A stretch of DNA of 64,000 nt from Bugula neritina (taxonomy: Eukaryota > Animalia > Bryozoa): NCBI GenBank assembly GCA_964035545.1, contig OZ037765.1, positions 7,140,698 through 7,204,697 on the forward strand, written 5' to 3'. The first letter of the stretch is position 1. Every line of letters begins with the position of its first letter. A program made the translations under genes and the position numbers. Positions 1 to 12,100 of this stretch are shown one piece after another. Below the pieces are notes generated by a model. That model did not search any database. It was not told the DNA's origin and saw only the letters and a list, made by a program, of their open reading frames with translations.

Positions 1-192
1 TATAGTAGCATATGACTCATCCTATGAGAATAAACTATACATTATTGCACAGGTTTTGTAGTTTTCAAGGGACATACTAGAAGTAATTTATATCATACAC
101 AAACAAAATGTAGATAATTGTTTACACACCAAGTATGTGCTTTAGTCGTGCAGTAAAAATTACCGTACCACTAAAGTGAAAAATTGACTCAC

Positions 193-1642
193 CATAATAC
201 CATAGATTCCATTTTCTTCCTCCCATGGTTTAGGGACATTTTCATCTTCTTTCAAAGCATCATCTACAATGTTAGATTCAGTAAGTACGATAGTACAATA
301 GAGAGAATCTTCAAGCTTTTTTGGTTTTATTACGAATATACGAATTTTATCAACAAAGATAATACTGCAGAAGTACAGACCGTCATCGTCAGCTCCATCG
401 TCATCATCACCATCATCATCTCCATCTGAGTCATCACTTCCCTGTTTACCCTTCTTGTTCCTCGGAGACTTCTTAAGTGGAGGGTCTACTTTGTAAAACT
501 TCTCTATCCAACCCCGGCGTCTCAGTGCTTCCCGAACATGAGAATAGGGTCCTTGAATAGTGAAAATTTTCTTAGCCTACAAATGAAACAAAGAAGAAAA
601 TTACACTTATAAAGGGTTATCAATTTTTATGAGCTCAACTGATCTTGTTTGTGTGAAGCATTAAATTTGTCGGTAATTTCTGATGATAGAAAACATGAGT
701 AGAGTTTCATATTAACTCAAATTTGCTAGTGAAACGATTAATGTAAATGAAAGTACCTTAATCGCTTTTTCTGCTGTTTCTTTGGCATTCTGTAATCTTT
801 CCAAATTAATGTTTATTGCACCAGAGCCAAATTTCCGATGTTTTCGATCTGATGAAGAATGTATTGAGATCATAGTCTTACTCCTGCCTTCCAACTCATG
901 ATGTTCCATTGCACTTTGCCTTCAATAAAAGCAACAAGTTGCAAAACATACAAAACAATAGTTTAAAAACACCTCTTAAGTCTTACATTCAAAATAGCAC
1001 AAAATCAGTCAGTGTGAATGTAAACACAAAAAATAAAATACTTGTAGTAAAATAATTTAAGCAATCTTCATCGATAAACTCGTCTTATAAAATAGCAAGA
1101 AAATGATGATTGCACTAAATCTACAGGTATGAAATATAGCTTGATTTAACATAATTCAAAGGTATAACACTTGAGATAATATACAATTTACCTTTGATGG
1201 TGGCTTTTAATAGCTTGTTTTATTGCAGATTGTCGTTGAAACACATCTGTTTTGATATAAGGGCCTAGAAAAGTAAGATTATTCAATAACCAATTATATT
1301 TTATCTAAAATATTTCACTATTTACTCCATAATATTAGTAACACAATAATCATCTTACTGCTTTCAAGCCTTTCAGCTGCAGTGTCACCAATTGGTTGAT
1401 CTAACAGAGTAGGACTCAGTGTAATGAGATTCATGGGTCCATCACGTGATGACCATGGTCTTTGTACTTGGTCATTGACCTAAACCAGGTAAACTATACG
1501 TATAATGATAGTAATACTCATTGGGTACTTTACTTTATTTGATGCAATTTACAATTTCACAAAGTTTATAAATTTTAAATACTTTAATAATTGAAAAGAT
1601 TACCTTCATACTAGATTGATCTGGACTTGCTCCAATAATCAT
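193..1642 (-). CDS. TTLL3: Tubulin monoglycylase TTLL3/TTLL8 family, 5' coding exons (gene continues past the window start)
   Basis: GT-AG exons 1604-1642, 1359-1479, 1192-1264, 757-919, 381-576 and 193-263 join in frame. They give ...[42 protein letters not shown], then an acidic tract, then ...NGIYGIM. This matches the recalled human TTLL3 N-terminus ([40 protein letters not shown] plus acidic tract). The start codon at 1642 is inferred from an in-frame TGA just upstream. Confidence 0.88.
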
Positions 1643-3439
1643 TTGTCATTTATATTAGTTTGGAGCCTGCCAACTAACTGTTAAGCATGTCACACCTAAA
1701 TTAACAGAAAAAATATATTACACTGATAAAAATTACAATTTTTAGTCTGAAAATTAAAAACAATTAGGAACAAACTCTAATTCTAATGCTAGAAGACACT
1801 GCTTAAAAATATTAGTGATTTTTCCTAATATTCAATAAAGGACTAAACATTTTGTTGTGCATTTTAGAGTTTAAAGTTTACATATTTATCAAAATCAGGA
1901 ATGACATTTTACGCAATTTATACCAGCATATAGGTTTGTTTATTTTATAGAATTTTATTGGTCAATTATATACAGACAGTGCAAATCAATAAAAAGGTTA
2001 AATAGTAACATAATATAATATTTGTTTTACTTGACACTATAACAAAATTTTAGTTTTCAAACTAAGGATTATAAGTAAATCAATGTTACTTAAACAGCAC
2101 TGAAATTTAAAACTAGTTACACAAATATGCTGCAATTGGAAATTGGATGCAATTATATGTATATGCTTATGCATTGTTTACTTTATTAGAGTAAATATTC
2201 TGACCCAGCAAAATGAACAAATGAGCAGCAGTTTTTTATTGACATAATTAATATTGTGCTTGAATTTCTTGGTAAGATGCTGATGGTAACGCTGATAATT
2301 AGTCAATAGCCACAGAAACTGCAAGATTAATATCTATAACTATTAGTTAAATAAACAGCTAATATTGTAATATTCCTTACTTAAGAATAAAACCATGACA
2401 AGTATTAGCAATTTAACCTTAACACTGATTGTAACAGTGATACTGTTTTAGTTGACTGTTGATGGAAGCATAAATAAAACTTGAACTTTTGATAACTATG
2501 TTTATTACCATAGAAAGTAACCAATATAACAAATTATATTGAGATCCTAACAAAATCACTGATTTGTATATATCTATATACAGCTGTACACCAACATTAG
2601 TGACTAGAATGCAAAGTTTAAACTCAAGCTCTGCTTAATTAGGTAGCAATTGCAATAATGATCACAGCAGCAACCAAAATAATTCTAATGTAATTGTGAT
2701 AGAACTTATGAATAATAATCCATTTTTGTCATGCTACTGGCTATTGCTAAACAACTAATTATCAACAAAGTTTTGCATTAAATTATTTTACATTATTACT
2801 TTACTTATAATTAGTTGAAGTTACACTTATAGTTATAGTCATTGCTAAGTCATAAGGATGCTTCTTCGTACTTTAATCAGGATTGTAATTATACTAAATT
2901 TACATTAAGTATTTTAAAATAAATTAAAATTACTAACAACTTGTTTATATTACATTTATGTTAAACAGAATGCTTAGTATTAAATTTAGTGCTATAGTAT
3001 TAATGAAAGTTATAGTTATGCTTATACTATACTAGTAATACTAATAGCAATACTATACTAATAATAAAAGTAATAGTACTGCTACTAGTAGTATTAGTAG
3101 TGCTGCAGCTATTACTCATAGTTACTACTGTAGGTGTAATAACTGATAGTAACAGTATTAGTTATTACAGTGACAGTCAATACTTATACAGTTATACTTA
3201 TACTTATAGTTATAATGATAATGATAATCAGTAGGCAATAACTATAACTATAAGTATAAGTATAACCATAGGCATAGCTAATAGTAATAGCTATTGCTAC
3301 TTTTTAGCACCTAAAACTTATTAAGTAATTATGTAAGGATTCAAGTTCACTGTAACACTTACATTTTAAAACACATAATATTAATATCATTACTGAATTT
3401 GTATAACTATTACTTTGAAATAAAGAGTACATACAAAAT

Positions 3440-3830
3440 ACAATTACTTGTACATTTTAATAAGGTGTCACCATGACTCCCTTTACACGAACCTCGTTCT
3501 GACAGCATTGATGTCTTATCGAAGTATAAAATTGTGTCATTAAACTTCAGGATAAAATTTCAGTAGACTGTGAATTGCGAAGTTACACTCTTTGGTATCG
3601 GCGGAAATATAAATTGTCTGCGCGCCAACACAAACAGTTGCCAGCAATCACATTGACAATAATTATGATGATCGTACTCACAGTGATACTGATACATAGA
3701 TATTTTACAGAATTATGATTATAAATTTATCATAGAATTGCATATACTTATTGCATTCGTAATTATTGTTGTTTGGTAACCACTTAGAGACGCACAGCTG
3801 CTGTTAATCAATTAGTATAAGTATTACTCA
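3440..3830. promoter_or_regulatory. Putative bidirectional promoter for TTLL3 and FOCAD
   Basis: Locally CpG-richer patch between the divergent genes. It contains GGCGGAAAT (~3600, ETS/E2F-like), GCGCGCCAA (~3620, E2F-like) and an RFX X-box-like GTTGTTTGGTAAC (3768-3780). A minus-strand donor-like site at ~3447 suggests a TTLL3 5' exon. Confidence 0.45.
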
Positions 3831-4518
3831 AAATTACTGTGACGGATTTAGAAGTTCAAGTTGTACCAACTTGAACCTCCAGACCAAATCCAATAGCCAA
3901 TAAGCAATACAACAATTTAATGATATTAAAACTCTCAGTCTTAGCATTTAAATTTATACTTTTAATTTTTATATATTTGATATTTCTGGTTTCACTTTCA
4001 GTTTGACTATTACTATTAGTATTACTATTAGTATTATCGTTTTCTTTTATCTTATTAATAATATTAATATTAATAATATTATAATTGTTATAAATATTTT
4101 GTGTGCTCAAGTTTGGGTCATTCAGTTTTATTTCTACATTAATTTTGAAAGTAAAATTAAAACTTAAACTATCTAAGTATCACTATGATACTCTATGGAC
4201 TATCACTATGGTTGAATATTAGTATTACTATCAGTATGGGCTCGTGACTCATTGAATAAGTCATTGAATGTAAGTGTAAATAATTCATAAAGTGATGTTC
4301 ATGTTTTATGTTTGATTATCATTATCTAATATCTAATCTGCAGCATTTTATTTTGTTCATAATGATAACTATCATAATCATAGCCATAGTTAGACGAGTA
4401 TTGCTGTGGGTATTAATGTCTGCATTGTAAAAAGCTAAATGAAAAAAAAACTGTCCTTTGTACAGATTGCCATGTAAAGGTTCTTATGGAAAATAGGATT
4501 CAGTTGAAGTACTAATTA

Positions 4519-4926
4519 GCGTGGTGCCACATTAAACATGTTTTCGTGCTGACAAAAACTCGTGCAGACCAAGAAAGGAGCCATTTTGTGCAGAACATGC
4601 TAAATGGCCAGTGCGAATCGCCTCTGCTGTCGTGGCCTAGTTAAAAAATAACTCTTTAGTAAGCCCACTTTTAGGGTTTCAGTTTTACATTAATTATGCC
4701 ATTTCATTGCCCAAATGGACACCGATTAACAATTAGATTTTTCTACTTTTTACCAAAATTGATCTTATCTGTAGTGATCTTTTTGCAGCAGATGTATTTA
4801 TGGAAACTAACGTGCTGTAGGTGCCGCTTTCGTTGGCAACGTATTGTAGGTGGCGCATAGCTCTTGCAGCAAATCTTCCTGCGTGCAATTTTTGCTCACG
4901 AAAATCCGTTTAATGTGGCTTTGCGC
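4519..4926. mobile_element. MITE, PIF/Harbinger (Tourist)-like
   Basis: Imperfect terminal inverted repeats: GCGTGGTGCCACATTAAACATGTTTTCGTG at the left end and CACGAAAATCCGTTTAATGTGGCTTTGCGC at the right. TTA on both sides (4516-4518, 4927-4929) fits a 3-bp target site duplication. No ORF. Confidence 0.7.
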
Positions 4927-6134
4927 TTAGTATGACACTATGACTATGTTATAATGTTGGTCATGCCTGAACCTCCTAACCAGGAAATGTAAATTGAAAC
5001 TACTTTCATTATAAAATGTAAAGCATGACATAAGCTACTTAAAAAATAAATTTTTGCACAATTTTTTTGTGACTTTGTCCATATCTTGAAAAATAAACAG
5101 AACTGTCACTAATTGTTGTCTAAGCTAGTCTTCGTGTTAAGATTATTCTAGTTTTCTTACATGTGGGATTGTGCTTCTAATCCTCTAGAGAGGGCAATTC
5201 TACACATGAGGAGTTGTTGCATTAACTCATTTTTGACAAAGTGCAGATAACTTCTTATAATCAAGTTTTGCTGGGGGAGGGGGTTTGTTGCTAACAAATT
5301 ATCATTAACTTGTCTAAGTAAATACAGCAAAGTATTTCATAAATAATGTAACTGCGGTTCTATATAAAAAAACCTACCTATTGCACTTTTGCTGGTACTT
5401 TTGAAACTTATTAGTATCTTTATATGATTTGACTTTTATTTTCTAATATATGCAGGCTTTATATTGCTATCCGCTTTAAATAGCAGTTAAACAATAGATT
5501 TTTACTGCTTTTTATATTCTTAATTAATTTTCTCATTGGTTACTGCATCAGTATGAAACTTTTTTTTCTGATTTAATTTCTTTTAAATAATTACTTGCAA
5601 TCACTTTCCCTGACTTTCATTGCTATTTCTTCTGGACTAAGGACTAGTTTTTTATGACATATGTTGGTGATATCTTCTTTGGGCTGTAATACATTCTAAA
5701 ATAATATCATTCTCATTTTTACAGTTAGTTGAAAAAATTTGCCGCAAGAAACACAGCTAATAATACCTCTTAAGATTTTCTTACTTCAGAAAAAGTGGTT
5801 CATTCAGCTGCTAGAGTTCACCTATTTGTTGAATGTTGGACAATTATATGCTATTGTGCAACATATTTTTTCAAGATTAGCAATAAAAGGGGGTTTCAAT
5901 TTAATTATAAGGAGTTATCCCCAAAACCTACTTGTAGCTCTTAAATTTTTTCCTATTACACTGAAGATTTTTTTAAAATTTGAATTGAGATTGTTTTCGT
6001 TGAAATCAATGACAATTTTTTTGCTTTAGGTTTGAATTGTTGTTTATAGTTGATGATAGTTCATTGTTTTAAGAACATGTTATAACAATTATATCATGTA
6101 TAAATGTTTTATATTAACCAGGCAAAAGGTGGTT

Positions 6135-9100
6135 ATGGATGCTGTCAAAAGGCACTTACTGTTTGATGATAAGCTGCAGCAGATTCAGGTAAACTAAAAG
6201 AAATAAACCAGTAAAATTTCACAATGATTGTCATAATAAATCTATATCTCAGCATGGAAAAATAAATCAGTTTCATTCATAAATCAATTTCCTATCAATC
6301 CTGTTACTATGTAAAGCACTTAAAAAAAATTGTTAAATAGTTCTACAAGTTAATCTTCTGCTACAGCTGTGTATCTACATCATCTGATTCATCATAAAAG
6401 TCCTTGACTTTTGAGTTGCTGTTTTTATCGAGCATCGGTATGTGCACTGAAATTGTCCCATTTGTGCTGCTCACTGTTCGTCTTTCTGACGACGTTTCTC
6501 TGTGTCTTCTGAACCTTTTACAGAACGTCTTAAAAAAAACTTTTCTGAACTTCTGCCCAAGAGCACAATATAGAATGAAGTTGATTGCACTGTTTAGTGT
6601 CACCATAAAGTTGCGAACAATAGAGACTATCTGCCAGTCAATGCTCTTGGTCACCATTTTTCTATCAATTCCAATTGCCACATTGTAAAGCAAAGCCGGT
6701 AACTGCAATAAGAACAAATTTTTGCAGCTAAAATAAATGATTTTATCAAATATGTTATTGAAAGAACTTGTGGATTACAACTTATATTAATAACTAAAAC
6801 ATTTTAAAAAGATTTAAGATGAAATATGTAAATAAAACAATTTCATACTGATATTTTGTTTTCACTCAATAATTTAGTTCATAAATAGATGGGTGTTTGT
6901 CAAATTTTATAAATAGCAGTATAAATAAAAAGCAGTAAAAGGATCTTTTCAAATTTCCAAGGCTAGAAACCGTCATATATTTTATGGAAAATTATACAGT
7001 TAGCCTTGGAATTTATTTAAATCAAAGTATATTATCTCAACTGGTGGCCAAGTAAAAGCTGTTCAGTCTTATTCATGAAGTCTAATACTGACTTCATGGA
7101 TCAGGTGAATATATAATATTGTGTGGCATCACTCTCTTCTGTCAAGTCAAGGCTAACTAAAATTGTTCTTAAAAACTAATTATATTTTTAAGCATCATTG
7201 CAATGTAATACCTGGTTTTTCTAAGACATATGTAAATAATCGGCAGAGTAAAACTGCCAGACCCCAAATTTTACATTAAACTTGTAAAGCTACAATTACT
7301 TGCAATAATTCATTTTCTAATATTGTCTCAACCAACTGAAAAATCGTCTGCTTAAATTTGGAGAAACATAGGTTTGCAAGGTTAAAGTTACCTGACATAT
7401 AATGAATACAGCCACTACTGACACAAGCATTGTGGTTATATTGTTCTCCTTGGAAGTTTTAGCTGTGTGAGACTCATTTCTCATACTTTTCCTTTCCTTT
7501 GCTGATTTTCTTACTGCTTGTATGAGGAAGTAGTTCAACACAGTTAGTAAACACACCGGAATAATGCACATGACAGTCAAATACAATCCTGAGAAATATA
7601 TGGACTCATAAGCCTGATTTGCCAATACTTTGTTCTGGATTGCCCTATATGATGGCAAGTTAGTTCCAGGTATGAAAATGATGGTCATATTGGCATCTCT
7701 TTTTATTTCGCTCCTGTACTCAAACCATCTGGAGAAGTTGTATACCATTGAGAATATCACAACGCAGAAAGTTGTAATCCTGGCACGTTTAACTGTACAC
7801 AGACTAGAAGCCTTCAGAGGGTTTCTCACAGCAATGTACCTCTCCACAGTGAAGGATACGGTTATCCATATAACACACGTCTGGGCTATCAGTGCTAAAG
7901 GGTACACGTACACAACTACATATGCATGAACCAGCTCCTGGTATACAAGGGAAAGGGGTTTCAAACAAACCAGCAATGTCGTACAGATCAGTACCAGAGA
8001 GTCAAAGATTGCCAGCGCTAATAGAAAACAGTTTGTTGAGCTCTTCATTGATCTTCTTGTTAAAACATACATGACCAAGACATTAGAGATTAAGCCAAGA
8101 ATGCAAATAATAAGCAATATTATTCCAGATAAATAAAATTCTAAATTTTGGATTAGTGCATCTCCTGTCTTCTCCGCTTGAGTAAGAACTTGCAAGAATG
8201 TCATAGAGCTGTTAGCACTGCTTCTGTGCATCTGGGTATAGTTCGCCATGATCAAAGCCGACAGCCAGTTGTGGAGCCAGAGGTTGAAATTAATTGCTGC
8301 AAAGTGAATATGGCTCAAGTTAGATATAATCTTTGTTTTAATCTGCAATTAAGCTTACTAGGAGCAGTGCATTTCAGGGTGTTACATCAAAGTAAACTAT
8401 AATTATCAAGCTATCTTAAAGTTGCACATAGCAAGGCTAGAAAGCCTGCTTGATCTTGTTAGGCTTCTATGAAAAGAACTTTTGGTTTGCCTTCAACACC
8501 TAATCTTATAAATTTCTATTTCTACTTTTAGGCAGTTCACGCATTGTACAAGATGACTGAAACAAAAGTTCGTAAAATGTCTATAATTGGCTTTCAATCT
8601 ACCCACCAGGTATATTCAGCAACTTTTAGCCAGTGAAAAAGTATCATTTCTTTTAAACTAGTTTATTTTATTTTAAAAGTAGCAAAAACAAAATAAAGAT
8701 CTCAAACCTTCAATTTATATTTTGTTTCCTGAAGTTATTTTAAAACTATAACTTTCAGTAATAAAAGTTGTCAAATTACAAAAGAGGAAGAAATGTTAAG
8801 TTAACTTTTAGAGGCTTCATTTATACATAAGCGTTCGAGTTATTTAGGCTGATATCCTAGACTCTAGAGGAATAGGTATTCTTTCAGGTAATAGTGTGAA
8901 ATGAAGGAGATCTTTATGTGGAATATTTTTTAAATGTTGATAACCTACATTGTATAAATAATGAATGACAGTGTGTGCAGCTATGGACAAGTTGATTGCC
9001 AGATTCTCTGTGTATAAAGTTGTAATTTACACTGAGCAGCTTCAAGCCATTGTAAATTAATAAAAGGGTAATCGTCTTGTCATTTACATTAATTGGATGT

Positions 9101-12100
9101 TATTGTACACTCTTGCACATGTGTCCACGTATTGGTGTTATGTGGTAGTCTTTGTATTAGGCACACTAAGCATCTATATGACAGAAACTTAAGGAAATAT
9201 ATATATATATTTTAAAATATGCAGAGTGTTTAATTATCAGACTCATATTTTAGTTATAAGCACAATTTGAACATAAAATATATGAAAAAGGAGTGTATTT
9301 TTATTTGAGGTGTAGATATTTTTATATATACAATAATATTGTATATTTCCGCTATAATTGCACAGGTGCCTGAGTTGGAGTATCTCTTAAACCTGTGTTG
9401 TCAAGGAGATGTGGCTATATCACAAACAGCACAACAGTGTATGGTCTCTATGCTTACTCAAAACCTGGTAGATCTGGAAGGGTGTATTAAGAACACATTG
9501 AAGCTGGTCTCAACTGTCCCGTATGTACAATGTTTGCCCTTGTCAATCTTATGCAGTGAATTATTGTAAATTAATTGAATTATCCTTTCATTTTAACTCA
9601 ACTTTTTAGTGTTTCACTCATTCAAGCAAGGTTTTTTTTGTATTGCCTAATTTGCACATAATATTTTGATATTTTGGGCCCATATTATTTTTATAATTCA
9701 CAAGCTAAATGTATTAATAACAATAAATTAATATTGTATTTACAGTTTTGCTTTTACGTAATGATTCTATTTAAGCACTGCTTACGTAGCTTTATGTCTG
9801 ATGGAATGAGTAACAAGTTGTCAAAGTACAGAAAAGTGTATAATAGCCAGAAATATATATATAATACATATTTTAACTATAAAAATTAGCTTGACAGCCT
9901 TCAACACTGTTCACTCACCTTAACCAAGAAAGTGACGGTCTGCCGAAAGACATTGGAGCTCTCCTGTACCCTGCTATACCCTCTGCCCTTCTCCCTCCAC
10001 CTGCCCTTCTCCCTCCACCTGCACCTCACTTATGCTATCAAGCTGTGGGGCTGTCTTATAACCAGCTGTTTATCTCTCTTTGACTCCCTCTGATTATCCC
10101 TACAAAGTTATTCAATTAATAGTTGCAGAGCAATGAACATAGTTATTGCAATTCTTTCAACAGGCTACTGTAGTGCCCCTATAGCATGCCACACTTTGAC
10201 ACGACATGTCATTGAGCCGCGTATCACTGAATATATTAGCCAGTTTATGCTATAAGTTCTATGTAGCATTAATAGCCAGTAACAGCTTGCATTTATGTTC
10301 ATTTTTACAGTCAACTACAGACAAAAGTTCAAAGTTTCTAATGAACGCTTGACATTTGAGATATTATATTATATAAGTTTATAAAAATTGTTAATATTAT
10401 GGAACTCCACCTTTTGAAATTGTATACATGTTAGTGTAAAAGCCAAAAGTTTGGTTTAGAGCAGACTGTTGTTAGATAAGCTTTTATATAGTAGTTTGTC
10501 AGGACTACTTTTGGTTCTTTTAACTTACCTAAACTGTTGACAAAATAAGCTAAAATTTTTACTTATAGAGATTTAACCTCGATGTTGACCTTTTTGGTAT
10601 CTCTGATGGAGCTGCAGATGACATCTATGGGCCTAAAGTAAGTTTAAGTGTATGTGAAGGACTTTTGTAGCTTGCAGCAATCTCTCAATGCTGTATCTCA
10701 TAATTTTACAGGAATAATCATGTTCTCTTTATTATGGATTAAATTTAGACACTATTGTGTCACAAATAATTATACCACTCAAGTAGTTGAAAGATATCTA
10801 GCATGCTACTTGAGCTCTCGGAATCTTTAGAGCTTCCTGCAATCATAATTCTAACAATGTTTATTTTGTTACTATGTATGTCAGAAAGTTCTGAGAATTT
10901 TAAGGCCAATATTAAATTTTATTTTAATAAATTATTTTTGCAACATATGCAATATTCTAGACTAGCAGTACAGCGAAATAAAATTATTAAATTAAAAGCT
11001 ATGCAATGACATTGTAATTTTTCAAAATATTGCTTGAGCAGTTTTTAATAAAATTTACAGTACTAGTAACTGAAACTGTGTTGTGCCTATTGGAATGTGT
11101 ATTCTTGGTAAATGGGCACATTTGTTGTGCTAATTGGGGTTGAAGTGTATTTAGAGCAACTACATCCTATGATAAACATATTATTCTACATTCTGTGTTA
11201 GCAGAAGTATGTTTGTATGAGTTTTACTGGGTAAAGGCAGGTTTTTGTGAGTGGTTTTAGCACTTTCAAGATTAGTAGTTGTAAATTTATGTTCATAAAT
11301 TTATACACTAATTTAGGTTGAACTCGTAAACCTACAGCATTTTTTAGACACTTAGATTTTAGACTAATCTAAAATTGCATACAAAAGCATTCCTCAAAAT
11401 ATTGAAAGATTATTGAATATTATTTTTCTCTTCCAGAAAGAAATCTGACCATCAGACATGTATATTTAATGTAACACTTGTATATCTTTATCGTTAGCAT
11501 AAAGAGTAAAAATTTATATAACATGTAATTTGTATCCAGCTGCCCTGTGCACCCTTTGGTGAAGGTCTACGAGATCACATCCGCTGACCAGTGGCAGCAA
11601 CTAGCTGTAGCCTTCAGCAACTCCCTCTTTACCATCAACAAATTTTCAAGTGCCAGTCAGCAAGAGTGAGTATACTCTTCTAGTATCTAATTGGTTGAAT
11701 CTACTGCCTACCCCATGTTACAGGTATAGGACTGTGTTGTGTAAATTAGTAATTCATAAACCATAAAGTCTGGGGTAAAATAATGTTCAATTGAGACCAC
11801 GGCAGAAAACTTAATTCTACATAAACAAATATTTATTTAAGAGAGAGAAGTTTTCTTAATTTAAGAAGAATAAGTTAATAATATTGTTAATTAATTAGTT
11901 TTTCTTTGAAATTTTTTTCTAAATGTTCAGTTTTTTCAAGTTTGATCAAAAGTTCGAATTTCTGATCTAAATTAGCATTTAAGGAAATTTGAACATAATA
12001 TTATTATGGTGTGAGTGTAGATGTGGATGGAAAGAGTTAATGACATACCACAAAGTCTTTCTTGAAGCCTTAGTATCTAGTACTACTAATAAATGTAGTG

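Noticed and set aside
6404-8402. Plus-strand ORFs 6404-6688, 7630-7929, 7892-8074 and 8178-8402
   Set aside because: They are antisense shadows of the GPCR coding sequence.
8983-9060. ATG-initiated MDKLIARF... as the FOCAD start
   Set aside because: It ends in TAA without a good in-phase donor. Exons 6135-6188 and 8532-8609 match the FOCAD N-terminus much better.
11155-11206. Extra FOCAD exon (AG...GAA|GTATGT)
   Set aside because: Its 52-nt length would shift the frame, and the neighbouring exons 10569-10637 and 11540 onward join in frame without it.
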